Part shown: piece by piece, positions 24,313 through 33,327 of the stretch
Layout: every line of letters begins with the position of its first letter
Numbering within the stretch: the first letter of the stretch is position 1
Assembly (NCBI GenBank): GCA_005884335.1
Contig: VBCJ01000004.1
Location: 480-35,175, forward strand
Direction of reading: 5' to 3'
Origin: Betaproteobacteria bacterium
GTDB taxonomy: Bacteria; Pseudomonadota; Gammaproteobacteria; Burkholderiales; SG8-39
Length of the DNA stretch: 34,696 nucleotides
Position numbers and translations under genes: made by a program
Notes under the pieces: generated by a model
Told to the model about the DNA's origin: nothing
The model's database searches: none
The model's input: the letters and a program-made list of their open reading frames with translations, nothing else

Positions 24313-25116
24313 CTAGGATCGCCTTCCCGCTCCTTTGAAAAGCCTGAAAAAGTTTCCCGTGGTGGCGGCCGCCAGCTCGCTCAGCTGGATGCCTCGGAGG
24401 CGGGCCACTTCCTCCGCCACATAACGGACCAGAGCGGGTCGATTGGTTTTCCCCCGGTGAGGGACGGGGGCGAGATAGGGGGAATCGGTCTCGACGAGCA
24501 AGCGCTCGAGAGGGATCGCGCGCGCCACGTCCTTCAAGGCCCCCGCGTTCTTGAAGGTCACGATGCCCGAGAACGAAATATGGAATCCCAGTGCAATGGC
24601 CGCGTCGGCCACGGCCCGGGACTCGGTAAAACAGTGCATCACCCCCCCTACTTCGGCCGCCCCCTCTTCCCGCATGATGGCGAGCGTGTCCTCGGCAGCT
24701 TGGCGCGTATGGATAACGAGAGGCTTCCGGCATTCGCGCGCGGCGCGTATGTGGGCCCGAAAGCGCTCGCGCTGCCACTCGAGATCGCCGCTCACGCGGT
24801 AGTAATCGAGCCCGGTCTCGCCGATCGCGACGATCCGCGGGTGGCGTGCGAGCTCGACCAGCCGCAGCGGATCCACCTCAGCGCGATCTTCATGGTCCGG
24901 ATGCACGCCGACGGTCGCGAAGAAATTATCGTAAGCCTCGGCAAGCGCCAGCACCTTGGGAAACCCGGCGAAATTGACGCTGATGCACAGGGCGTGCGTC
25001 ACGCCGTTCGCGCGCATCTCTTGCCGCACTTCGTCCATCTTGCCGTCGAATTCCGGAAAATCCAGATGGCAGTGTGAATCGACCCATCCCGGAGCCGGAC
25101 CCGTTTTCTCGTTCAC
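24313..25116 (-). CDS. TatD-family metal-dependent hydrolase (YcfH-like position downstream of holB)
   Basis: WVDSHCHLDFPEF, GVHPDHED, AIGETGLDY, VIHTR and LVETDSPYLAP are present. The GTG start overlaps the holB stop as GTGA. Confidence 0.9.
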   Translation of the reverse strand: MNEKTGPAPGWVDSHCHLDFPEFDGKMDEVRQEMRANGVTHALCISVNFAGFPKVLALAEAYDNFFATVGVHPDHEDRAEVDPLRLVELARHPRIVAIGETGLDYYRVSGDLEWQRERFRAHIRAARECRKPLVIHTRQAAEDTLAIMREEGAAEVGGVMHCFTESRAVADAAIALGFHISFSGIVTFKNAGALKDVARAIPLERLLVETDSPYLAPVPHRGKTNRPALVRYVAEEVARLRGIQLSELAAATTGNFFRLFKGAGRRS

Positions 25117-26105
25117 GGCCGACCGACCAGCCGCTGATACTGCAGCAGGAGGTCCTCAACAAACAGCTTGGCGTTGAGCGGGTGCCGGGCGAGCTCCCGG
25201 GCTTGCGCCAGCCGGCGCAGGTAAGCGGCGAGTTCCGCAGGGTCGCAGTGACGTGCCGTATCTGAAATCACTCCTTCATGGTTCGGGCTATACCGTACAC
25301 GGCCTGCGACTCGGGCGAGCAGCAGATCGTAGCTCCAGCGCTGCAGCCATCCAACCAAGTCCCACAGCGGAACGCGCAGAACCGTTTCGGCGAGCGCAAT
25401 CGGATCGAAGCCCGGATTTCCAAGATTCTCGATGAAGCGCAGGCGATCCGCGTCCGTGTCGGCGGCTTTGAGCGCGAGAAGCGGCGCACCTCCAGCGCCG
25501 GCCAGTGTCGCCTCGGGTTGCCTCAAGCCCTGCTCCTTCAGCCAGCGCAGGACCGGATCTGAGGGCGGGAACGGCAACGCGAACTTCAGGCAGCGGCTTC
25601 GCACCGTCGCGAGCAAGCGCTCGGGCTGGGTGGTGACGAGAAGGAAAACTGTGGCGGGCGGGGGCCCTTCGAGGTTTTTCAGCAACGCGTTTTGCGTATT
25701 TGCGTTCATTGCTTCCGCGGGGTAGATCAGGATGACGCGCAGACCACCCCGATGCGTCCCGACCGCGAGGAAATCGGCGAGCTCGCGTGCCTGCTCGATA
25801 CGGATCTGCTCGCTGCGCCTTTTCGAGGGTTCTGCGCCCTCCTCGCGGGATTCGGGCGCCATGCTCTCGGGCACGATCAGCCGGAAATCGGGGTGATTGC
25901 CAAGCGAAAACCAGTTGCAAGCGTGGCAGGTCCCGCATGCGCGCTGGTCCGGCTGGGGCCGCTCGCACAGCAGCGATTGCGCGCACGCATGAGCGAATTC
26001 GAATTCGCCCAGGCCCTCCCCGCTCTGTATCAGGATCGCGTGGGGCAGTCGCTCTCGCAGCCGGGTCCAAGCCTTCCAGGGCTGTTCTTGCCAGTCAAAT
26101 ATCAT
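25113..26105 (-). CDS. holB: DNA polymerase III delta-prime subunit
   Basis: LPHAILIQSGEGLGEFEFA and the Zn-module cysteines CGTCHACNWF are present. It has the conserved position after tmk. Confidence 0.88.
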   Translation of the reverse strand: MIFDWQEQPWKAWTRLRERLPHAILIQSGEGLGEFEFAHACAQSLLCERPQPDQRACGTCHACNWFSLGNHPDFRLIVPESMAPESREEGAEPSKRRSEQIRIEQARELADFLAVGTHRGGLRVILIYPAEAMNANTQNALLKNLEGPPPATVFLLVTTQPERLLATVRSRCLKFALPFPPSDPVLRWLKEQGLRQPEATLAGAGGAPLLALKAADTDADRLRFIENLGNPGFDPIALAETVLRVPLWDLVGWLQRWSYDLLLARVAGRVRYSPNHEGVISDTARHCDPAELAAYLRRLAQARELARHPLNAKLFVEDLLLQYQRLVGRP

Positions 26106-26108
26106 GGT

Positions 26109-26717
26109 TCAACATATAGTTGAGACTATATCCTCAACATCTTTCTTAACTTCGGAAGGCGACCTCCCGCACTGGATCACTCTCATCCGGCGAGGTTCTG
26201 CCGCGACGCGCTCAAGATACTCCGCCCGCACGCGCTCGAAGAAGGCCTGACTCTCGAGCTCGAAACGATCGCCTCGCTCCTTCGCAAGGCGCGCGAGCGC
26301 GACCTCGACCGGAGCGTCGAAAACGAGGGTCAGGTCGGGCTGCAGCCCGGCGTGGACCCAACGCTCGAGCGCCGCGATCCGATCCCTCGCCATTCCTCGC
26401 CCCGCGCCTTGATACGCATAGGTCGCGTCGGTGAAGCGTTCAGAAACGACCCAGCGCCCCGCGGCGAGGGCGGGCGCAATCACTTGCGCGATATGCTCGC
26501 GGCGCGCGGCAAACATCAAAAGGGCCTCGGTGTCGATATTCATCGTATGGGAGAGCAGGAGCGCGCGCAATTTCTCGCCCAGCGGCGTACCGCCCGGCTC
26601 GCGGGTGACTACGATGTCTTTTCCGCGCGCGCGCAGGAAATCGGCGATGCCGCCGACGTGCGTGCTCTTACCTGCACCGTCGATGCCTTCCAGGGTGATG
26701 AACTTGCCGCGGCTCAT
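26109..26717 (-). CDS. tmk: Thymidylate kinase
   Basis: The internal ATG at 26717 gives [19 protein letters not shown] (P-loop), [14 protein letters not shown] and DRF. The ATG overlaps the mltG stop as ATGA. The 871-aa ORF-track version is spurious. Confidence 0.93.
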   Translation of the reverse strand: MSRGKFITLEGIDGAGKSTHVGGIADFLRARGKDIVVTREPGGTPLGEKLRALLLSHTMNIDTEALLMFAARREHIAQVIAPALAAGRWVVSERFTDATYAYQGAGRGMARDRIAALERWVHAGLQPDLTLVFDAPVEVALARLAKERGDRFELESQAFFERVRAEYLERVAAEPRRMRVIQCGRSPSEVKKDVEDIVSTIC

Positions 26718-27730
26718 CGACCCGCACGCCGGCGGGCGCCGGGCATTTGATATTTGGCGACCGCGCGGTTGTGCTCGACGAGCGTGCGGGAGAATTCGCT
26801 CGTTCCATCCCCGCGGGACACGAAATACAGCGCGTCGGTCTGGGCGGGATGCATCACGGCCGCGAGCGAGGCGAGTCCCGGCATCGCGATCGGATGCGGC
26901 GGCAGACCCCGCCGCGTATAGGTGTTGAAGGGCGTGTCCGTCACGAGGTCCTTCTTGCGCAGGTTGCCGTCGAATCGCTCGCCCATGCCGTAGATCACGC
27001 TCGGATCGGTCTGCAGCTTCATCCCGAGGCGCAGGCGGTTGGCGAATACCGCCGCGATCATCGCGCGGTCGCCCGCGCGCCCGGTCTCCTTTTCGACGAG
27101 TGAAGCGAGGATAAGCGCTTCGTACGGATCTGTCACCGGCAAATCCGGGGCACGCTCGGCCCAGGCGGACTCGAGCTGCTTTTTCATTGCGCCGCGCGCG
27201 CGCGCGAGCACGGCGAGATCGCTGGCACCCTTGGCGAACACGTAGGTATCGGGAAAGAACATTCCTTCCGGAAGCACCCCTGGGGCACCGAGCTTCGCCA
27301 TGATCTGCGCCTCGGAGAGGCTTGCCGAATCGTGCTTCAGGTCGACGTGCGCATTCAATGCCTCGCGCATCTGGCGAAAATTCCAGCCTTCGACAAAGAG
27401 AATTTCCGCCTGCGCGTATTCCCCGCGCGTGATCTTGCGAACCAGCAGGAGCGGCGTCAGCCCGGCTGACACCTGGTAGCTGCCGGCCTTGACCTCGGCG
27501 CTGGCGCCGTTGGCCCGCGCCAGCAGAACAAATTTCCATTCCGGCATGGACAGCCCCGCTTCGATGATCTGGCGCGTTGCGCCCCGCAGCGTGCTGCCCG
27601 GACGGATCGAGAATTCCACGGTCGGCGCGGCGAGCTCGATCGGCGAAAGAGCGAACCCGAGTATCCAACCGCAGAATCCGAGCACGGCCGCGGAGGCGAG
27701 CAAGAGAGATAGTTTCAGTCGAAACAGCAT
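26714..27730 (-). CDS. mltG: Endolytic murein transglycosylase MltG (YceG-like)
   Basis: There is an N-terminal transmembrane helix. [24 protein letters not shown] and PPHPIAMPG motifs are present. It has the conserved position upstream of tmk. Confidence 0.9.
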   Translation of the reverse strand: MLFRLKLSLLLASAAVLGFCGWILGFALSPIELAAPTVEFSIRPGSTLRGATRQIIEAGLSMPEWKFVLLARANGASAEVKAGSYQVSAGLTPLLLVRKITRGEYAQAEILFVEGWNFRQMREALNAHVDLKHDSASLSEAQIMAKLGAPGVLPEGMFFPDTYVFAKGASDLAVLARARGAMKKQLESAWAERAPDLPVTDPYEALILASLVEKETGRAGDRAMIAAVFANRLRLGMKLQTDPSVIYGMGERFDGNLRKKDLVTDTPFNTYTRRGLPPHPIAMPGLASLAAVMHPAQTDALYFVSRGDGTSEFSRTLVEHNRAVAKYQMPGARRRAGR

Positions 27731-27797
27731 CGAATCGGTCAGGAACGTCGGGCTTGACTACGCTCGTATAATAAACGCTAAACCACAGGATCAGCAG

Positions 27798-28784
27798 ATG
27801 AGTGTGCCGTTGCAAATCGCTGAAGCGGGCCAAGCGGATCCCGATCTCGCCGCGGCTCGATCGGGGAGCGTCCTTGCCCTGCTCGGCCACTTGGGCGTCC
27901 TCCAATTCAGCGGCGAGGACGCGGAAGCCTTCTTGCAGGGACAGCTCAGCTGCGATGTGGCGGCCGTCGGTTTGCGATCGGGCACGTACGGCGCCTATTG
28001 CTCCCCCAAGGGCAGGATGCTCGCGAATTTTCTGCTCTGGCGCGAAGAGGCCGGCTTCCATATGGCTCTGTCGCGGGACATCGCCTCTTCCATCCAAAAG
28101 CGCATTTCGAAGTTCGTGCTCCGCGCGAAAGTGAAGGTCTCGGATGCCTCGGACACGATCGTGATGGCGGGCGCAGCGGGGCCGAAGGCCGGACAGGCGC
28201 TGAGCAAGGTGTTCCCCGATTTCCCGAACGGGCCGAACGAGGTATCCCGTCAACCGGATGCCGGCACGGTCATCAAACTGAAGGACGGCAGATTCCTCCT
28301 TTCCTTGACGCCTTCGAGCGCAGCCGCTCTGCGGCAGCAGCTTGCGAATATTCTCGTTCCCGTGGGCGCGCACGCGTGGCGCTGGCTCGATATTCGCAAC
28401 GGCGTGCCCCTGGTGACCGCGGCGACGCAGGACCAGCTCGTTCCGCAGATGGCGAACTTCGAGCTTCTCGGCGGAATCAGCTTCGACAAGGGCTGCTACA
28501 CCGGGCAGGAGGTGGTCGCGCGCATGCAGCACCTGGGCAAACTCAAGCGCCGCATGTTCCTCGCCAACATTGCCGCTCAGGTCGAGGCGGGCGATCCTCT
28601 CTACAGCGAAGACCTCGGCGATCAGGCGAGCGGGATCGTGGTCAACGCAGAAGTCTCGCCCGACGGCGGTTACGACCTGCTTGCGGCTGTGCAGACCGCG
28701 AGTCGTGAAGGCTCGGCTGTGCATCTGAAGTCCCTCGGCGGACCCGTGCTTCGCTTCCTCCCCCTCCCCTACGCCCCCGGGTGA
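27798..28784 (+). CDS. ygfZ: Folate-binding Fe-S cluster repair / tRNA-modification protein YgfZ family
   Basis: The ATG at 27798 gives [45 protein letters not shown] and the signature [13 protein letters not shown] are present. The ORF-track start at 27489 is antisense to mltG and is rejected. Confidence 0.88.
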   Translation: MSVPLQIAEAGQADPDLAAARSGSVLALLGHLGVLQFSGEDAEAFLQGQLSCDVAAVGLRSGTYGAYCSPKGRMLANFLLWREEAGFHMALSRDIASSIQKRISKFVLRAKVKVSDASDTIVMAGAAGPKAGQALSKVFPDFPNGPNEVSRQPDAGTVIKLKDGRFLLSLTPSSAAALRQQLANILVPVGAHAWRWLDIRNGVPLVTAATQDQLVPQMANFELLGGISFDKGCYTGQEVVARMQHLGKLKRRMFLANIAAQVEAGDPLYSEDLGDQASGIVVNAEVSPDGGYDLLAAVQTASREGSAVHLKSLGGPVLRFLPLPYAPG

Positions 28785-29065
28785 AGCTCAACTTCTACAT
28801 CTACTATCGCGTGCCCGCGCAAAATGCCGATCGAGCGCGTGCGGCAGTGAATGCGCTGCAGCGCGAGCTCTCCGACAACGCGGGCGTCGGCGGGCGGCTC
28901 CTGCGGCGCCGTGACGATGAGACCACCTGGATGGAGATCTACGAAAACGTTCAGGACGGGGCGCGTTTCGAAGCGGAGCTCGCCAAGCTGGTCGAGCGCC
29001 ACGGCCTCGCCGCGCTGCTCGTCCCAGGGTCGTCCCGGAAGCAGGAAGTGTTTCGCGCCTTCTAG
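28781..29065 (+). CDS. DUF4936-like small protein, 94 aa
   Basis: The GTG start overlaps the ygfZ TGA as GTGA. (M)[26 protein letters not shown] and WMEIYENV are typical of this betaproteobacterial family. Confidence 0.65.
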   Translation: MKLNFYIYYRVPAQNADRARAAVNALQRELSDNAGVGGRLLRRRDDETTWMEIYENVQDGARFEAELAKLVERHGLAALLVPGSSRKQEVFRAF

Positions 29066-29070
29066 ACCTT

Positions 29071-29904
29071 ATGTGCCTGATCGTACTCGCATGGCGGACC
29101 CACCCCGGGTACCGGCTGATCGTTGCCGCAAACCGCGACGAGTATTTCGGGCGGCCGGCTGCGCCCGCCGGGTTCTGGGACGATCATGCGAACGTCCTCG
29201 CCGGGCGCGATCTCGAGGCCGGTGGCACTTGGCTCGGCATAACCCTGGATGGGCGATTCGCCGCGCTCACGAACTACCGAAATCCCGCGGACAAGAAAAC
29301 CGGCGCGCCGTCCCGCGGCTCGCTGGTGAGCGATTTCCTGACAGGGAAAATGGCTCCACTGGAATACCTTCAGGGGGTCGAGCAGCGTGCGATGAGCTAT
29401 AACGGCTTCAGCCTTCTCGTCGGGGATGCGGCGTCGCTCTTCTTTTTTTCCAATCGCGGCGGCCCCATCACGCGCGTGGAACCGGGTATTCACGGCCTTT
29501 CGAACCATCTGCTGGATACGCCGTGGCCCAAGATCGAGAAGGCCAAAGCGAGGCTCGCGGAGCAGCTTGGAGGCCCGTTCGATTTCCAAGCCGCGTTCCG
29601 GCTTCTCGACGATACGCAACGCGCCTCAAGCGGGGAGCTTCCCAGCACCGGGGTGAGCTTGGAGGTCGAGGAAAGGTTGTCGGCGATCCGCATTCTTGCC
29701 GTCGGCGGATACGGGACGCGGTGCTCGACGGCCTTGTGCTTCAGCGAAGACGGAAGGATCGAGTTCCACGAGCGCAGCTACACTGAAGAGGGCGGCGTGA
29801 GCGGCACGGTCAGCTATCGGCTCACCCTCGCGCGGGGAAAAGCTCGAGCGTCATCTCGACGTGCGGAATCTCCGCCTCCAAAAACTCCCCTCCCCGCTCG
29901 TTGA
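29071..29904 (+). CDS. NRDE-family protein (DUF833 / TANGO2-like)
   Basis: MCLIVLAWRTHPGYRLIVAANRDEYFGRP contains the eponymous NRDE motif. GGTWLG and TNYRNP are present. The last 83 nt overlap the convergent GNAT gene. Confidence 0.85.
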   Translation: MCLIVLAWRTHPGYRLIVAANRDEYFGRPAAPAGFWDDHANVLAGRDLEAGGTWLGITLDGRFAALTNYRNPADKKTGAPSRGSLVSDFLTGKMAPLEYLQGVEQRAMSYNGFSLLVGDAASLFFFSNRGGPITRVEPGIHGLSNHLLDTPWPKIEKAKARLAEQLGGPFDFQAAFRLLDDTQRASSGELPSTGVSLEVEERLSAIRILAVGGYGTRCSTALCFSEDGRIEFHERSYTEEGGVSGTVSYRLTLARGKARASSRRAESPPPKTPLPAR

Positions 29905-30265
29905 ATCCGAAGCGTCGGTAAAACCCCGCCGCGTGGGTCTGCGCGTGCAGCGTAATGTGACGTATCGAGCGCTTGCGGGCCTGCTCGAGCAGCGCCTCCA
30001 GGAGCGCGGTGCCCACCCCGCGCCTGCGCCATTCGCCGAGGACCGCCATCCGGCCGATCCTGCCGTCGGGCAGCAGCCGGGCCGTTCCGATCGCTTGTCC
30101 CTTGCTGTCGCGAGCGACTGCGTGATCGCTGCCTTCGTCCCATTCGTCCCATTCGAGCTCGAGCGGGACCTTCTGTTCCGCGACGAACACCTGTTCTCGA
30201 ACCGGGCGCGCCAGCGGCCGCGCCTTGTCCCATGCGAGGATGCTGATCGTGAAAGTTGCTCTCAT
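29822..30265 (-). CDS. GNAT-family N-acetyltransferase
   Basis: The acetyl-CoA motif RRRGVGTALLEALLEQA is present, followed by AAGFYRRFGF. I prefer the ATG at 30265 over the TTG one codon upstream at 30268. Confidence 0.85.
   Translation of the reverse strand: MRATFTISILAWDKARPLARPVREQVFVAEQKVPLELEWDEWDEGSDHAVARDSKGQAIGTARLLPDGRIGRMAVLGEWRRRGVGTALLEALLEQARKRSIRHITLHAQTHAAGFYRRFGFNERGGEFLEAEIPHVEMTLELFPARG
30134..30155. repeat. 9-bp tandem duplication (2.4 copies) inside the GNAT CDS
   Basis: ttcgtccca occurs at 30134-30142 and again at 30143-30151, followed by ttcg. On the coding strand it encodes EWD-EWD-E. Confidence 0.9.
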
Positions 30266-30275
30266 CAACGACCAG

Positions 30276-30281
30276 TATAAT
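30276..30281 (+). promoter_or_regulatory. Putative -10 element (TATAAT) in the 23-bp GNAT/aldolase divergent spacer
   Basis: A perfect TATAAT ends 7 nt before the ATG at 30289, with no Shine-Dalgarno. This geometry fits a leaderless transcript. Confidence 0.4.
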
Positions 30282-30288
30282 TGTTGTC

Positions 30289-32259
30289 ATGCGAAGTCTG
30301 TGGAACGACCAGGAAGCAAAACAGTTCCAAGGCGACCTGGGCCTGCGCGTCTACACCTCGCGGCTGCTCGGCCGCGATAAGTCCCTGGTGCTGCACGGTG
30401 GCGGCAACACTTCGGTCAAGATCCGCGAGAAAAACCTGTTCGGCGAGCAAGAAACGATCCTCTACGTCAAAGGCAGCGGCTGGGATCTGGAAACGATCGA
30501 GCCGCAGGGCTTTTCGCCGGTGCTCCTCGCGCACGTGCTGCGACTCGCGGAATTACCGTCACTGTCGGATCCCGAGATGGTCAATCAGCTGGTCACGCAT
30601 ATGCTCGACGCCTCGGCTCCGGCGCCTTCCATCGAGACCATCCTGCACGGGCTCATGCCCCAGAAGTTCGTGGACCATACGCATGCCGACGCCGTGCTTT
30701 CGGTGAGCAATACCCGGGACGGAGACAAGCGCATCCGCGAGGTCTACGGAAATCGCTGCGTCGTCATTCCCTACCTCATGCCGGGCTTCGATCTCGCCCA
30801 GTATTGCGCGAGGGAATTCAAGCGCCAGGGCACGCCCGAGACGGTGGGAATGGTCCTGCTCAATCACGGGATCTTCTCCTTCGGCGAGAACGCGCGCGAG
30901 GCCTACGAGCGCATGATCGAGCTGGTGACGCTCGCCGAAAAGTACCTCGAATCCAGGCGCGCGTGGTCGATCGCTCTGAAGTCCTCTCCGCGTTCCGCGC
31001 CCGGCGCCGCCGCGCAGGCCGGATTGCGCCGCCGGCTCTGCGACGCCGCGGGAGCGCCGCTCATCGTGCGCACCGTGACGAATGAGCGCACGCTCGGCTT
31101 TGCGGCGCATCCGGAGCTCGCGCGCATCTCGCAGAAGGGGCCGGCGACGCCCGACCACGTCATCCGCACCAAGCGCACGCCGATGCTGGGCAGCGACGTC
31201 GCGGGATACGCCGAGGGGTACCGCCGCTACTTCGACGAGCATGCTCCCCGCGCCAAGGAGCCCAAGACCATTCTCGATCCGGCGCCGCGAGTCGTGCTCG
31301 ATCCCGCCTTCGGCCTTGCTGCGGCGGGAAGAACTGCGAAGGATGCCGCGATCGTCGCCGAAATCTACGACCATACGATCGACGTCATCCTCCGCGGCGA
31401 GGCGCTCGGCGGGTTCCAGGCCCTGCCCGCGAAGGACGTCTTCGACGTCGAGTACTGGGACCTCGAGCAGGCCAAGCTCAAGAAAGGCGGCAAGGCCCTG
31501 CCGTTCGCCGGCGAGATCGCGCTCGTCACCGGGGCCGCTTCCGGGATCGGCAAGGCGGCGGTCGCGGCGTTTCTCGCGCGCGGCGCGGCGGTGGTCGGGC
31601 TCGACTTGGATGCGAAGATCGAATCGCTCCACAGCCGCGGCGATTTTCTCGGGATGAGCTGCGACGTCACCGACGAGACGCAGGTGCGTTCTGCCCTCGA
31701 GAAGGCGGTGCTCGCTTTCGGCGGGCTGGACATGCTCGTGCTGAACGCCGGCATTTTCCCGGCGAGCCGCAAGATCGCCGATTTGCCCATCGCAGAGTGG
31801 CGCAAGGCGATGAACGTCAACCTCGATGCGAACCTGCTCCTGATGCGCACCTGCCACCCGCTTCTGAAACTTGCTCCCCGCGGCGGGCGCGTGGTGGTCA
31901 TCGGCTCGAAAAACGTTCCCGCGCCGGGTCCGGGGGCATCGGCCTACTCGGCTTCGAAGGCCGCGCTGAACCAGCTTGCGCGCGTCGCGGCGCTCGAATG
32001 GGGCGCGGACGGAATACGCATCAACACCGTGCACCCGAACGCGGTGTTCGATACCGGCCTGTGGACCGAAGAGGTGCTCGGCCAGCGGGCCAAGCAGTAC
32101 GCGATGACCGTAGAAGAATACAAGACCAACAACGTGCTCAAGACCCAGGTAGGCAGCCGCGACGTCGCGGAGCTGGCGGCGGAGATGTGCGGGGCGCTTT
32201 TCGCCAAGACCACCGGCGCCCAGGTACCGGTCGACGGCGGCAATGAGCGCGTCATCTGA
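30289..32259 (+). CDS. Bifunctional class II aldolase/adducin-domain + short-chain dehydrogenase/reductase fusion protein, about 656 aa
   Basis: The N-terminal half has LHGGGNTSVK and the His cluster VDHTHAD of class II aldolases. The C-terminal half has the SDR Rossmann motif VTGAASGIGKA and catalytic YSASKAA. I chose the ATG at 30289 (MRSLWNDQEAKQF) over the ORF-track start at 30256, which overlaps the GNAT gene. Confidence 0.88.
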   Translation: MRSLWNDQEAKQFQGDLGLRVYTSRLLGRDKSLVLHGGGNTSVKIREKNLFGEQETILYVKGSGWDLETIEPQGFSPVLLAHVLRLAELPSLSDPEMVNQLVTHMLDASAPAPSIETILHGLMPQKFVDHTHADAVLSVSNTRDGDKRIREVYGNRCVVIPYLMPGFDLAQYCAREFKRQGTPETVGMVLLNHGIFSFGENAREAYERMIELVTLAEKYLESRRAWSIALKSSPRSAPGAAAQAGLRRRLCDAAGAPLIVRTVTNERTLGFAAHPELARISQKGPATPDHVIRTKRTPMLGSDVAGYAEGYRRYFDEHAPRAKEPKTILDPAPRVVLDPAFGLAAAGRTAKDAAIVAEIYDHTIDVILRGEALGGFQALPAKDVFDVEYWDLEQAKLKKGGKALPFAGEIALVTGAASGIGKAAVAAFLARGAAVVGLDLDAKIESLHSRGDFLGMSCDVTDETQVRSALEKAVLAFGGLDMLVLNAGIFPASRKIADLPIAEWRKAMNVNLDANLLLMRTCHPLLKLAPRGGRVVVIGSKNVPAPGPGASAYSASKAALNQLARVAALEWGADGIRINTVHPNAVFDTGLWTEEVLGQRAKQYAMTVEEYKTNNVLKTQVGSRDVAELAAEMCGALFAKTTGAQVPVDGGNERVI

Positions 32260-33304
32260 AGCGAACCCTGTCGAGACCCTGCGCTGGGACGGGCGGCGGC
32301 TCGAGCTGATCGACCAGCGTGCCCTCCCCGCGCGCCTCGAATACGTGAGCTGCGCGAACGCGGCCGAAGTTGCCGAGGCCATTCGGTCGATGGTGGTGCG
32401 CGGCGCTCCGGCGATCGGCTGCGCCGCGGCCTTCGGCGTGGCGCTCGAAGCGAGGCGCCAGGAGGATTGCCCGCGCGCCGAGTTCGACATCGCGATGGAA
32501 ACCGCGTTCAGGAATCTCGCCGCGAGCCGGCCGACCGCGGTGAATCTCTTCTGGGCCCTCGACCGGATGCGCGCGGCGCTCGGCGCAGGGACTCGGGACG
32601 ATCCAAGGTCGGCGGCAGGGAGATTGGCCGACGCGGCGCTCGCGCTCTTCAACGCAGACCTCGAAACCAACCGCGCCATAGGGCGCGCGGGCGCCGCTCT
32701 CGTGCCCGGCGGCGCGCGCGTCCTCACCCATTGCAACACCGGATCCCTCGCCACGGCCGGCCACGGCACTGCGCTCGGCGTGATCCGCACGGCGCGCGAC
32801 CAGGGCAAGCGTATCTCTGTGATCGCGAGCGAGACCCGTCCCTATCTCCAGGGCGCGCGCCTCACCGCCTGGGAAATGATCCGGGAGAAGATTCCCGTCA
32901 CGCTCATCACCGACAACACGGCCGGACACCTGATGCGCCTCGGAAAAATAGACCTCGTGCTGGTCGGCGCGGACCGCATCGCCGCGAACGGAGACGTGGC
33001 CAACAAGATCGGCACGTATACGCTTGCCGTGCTCGCCGAGCGCCACCGCATTCCCTTCTACGTCGCGGCGCCCCTTTCCAGCATCGACACCTCGGCTGCA
33101 GACGGAAGCGCAATCCCCATCGAGGAGCGCAGCGCCTCGGAAGTCACCGGCTACGCGGGCATGCGGTGGGCGCCCGAGGGCGTCAGCGTCGCCAACCCCG
33201 CCTTCGACATCACCCCCGCGGAGCTGGTGAGCGGGCTTTTCACCGAGAAGGGCGCCGTGACGCGGCCTGACGCGCGCAAGATCCGTGCGTTGTTTCCGGG
33301 TTGA
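32243..33304 (+). CDS. mtnA: S-methyl-5-thioribose-1-phosphate isomerase (eIF-2B-like family)
   Basis: LRWDGRRLELIDQRALP, VVRGAPAIGCAAAFG, THCNTGSLAT and GADRIAANGDVANKIGTY are present. The start overlaps the aldolase-SDR gene by 17 nt. Confidence 0.9.
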   Translation: MSASSEANPVETLRWDGRRLELIDQRALPARLEYVSCANAAEVAEAIRSMVVRGAPAIGCAAAFGVALEARRQEDCPRAEFDIAMETAFRNLAASRPTAVNLFWALDRMRAALGAGTRDDPRSAAGRLADAALALFNADLETNRAIGRAGAALVPGGARVLTHCNTGSLATAGHGTALGVIRTARDQGKRISVIASETRPYLQGARLTAWEMIREKIPVTLITDNTAGHLMRLGKIDLVLVGADRIAANGDVANKIGTYTLAVLAERHRIPFYVAAPLSSIDTSAADGSAIPIEERSASEVTGYAGMRWAPEGVSVANPAFDITPAELVSGLFTEKGAVTRPDARKIRALFPG

Positions 33305-33327
33305 CATGAGCCTGCCGCTCGCACGCT

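Noticed and set aside
27754-27772. TTGACT and TATAAT hexamers in the mltG/ygfZ divergent spacer, which look like a consensus sigma70 promoter
   Set aside because: The two hexamers are separated by only 7 nt (27760-27766), far from the 16-18 nt needed, so they cannot act together. TATAAT (27767-27772) alone might still be a -10 for ygfZ, but I cannot support a full promoter call.
26109-28724. An 871-aa minus-strand ORF spanning tmk, mltG and the antisense of ygfZ
   Set aside because: Only the last 202 codons, from ATG 26717, look like a real protein (thymidylate kinase). The upstream part is Arg/Ala/Gly-rich, typical of an off-frame reading of GC-rich DNA. It overlaps the well-supported mltG and ygfZ genes.
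30559-32808. A 749-aa minus-strand ORF antisense to the aldolase-SDR and mtnA genes
   Set aside because: The reasoning is the same: R/A/G-rich composition, no motifs, and a position opposite two confidently identified genes.
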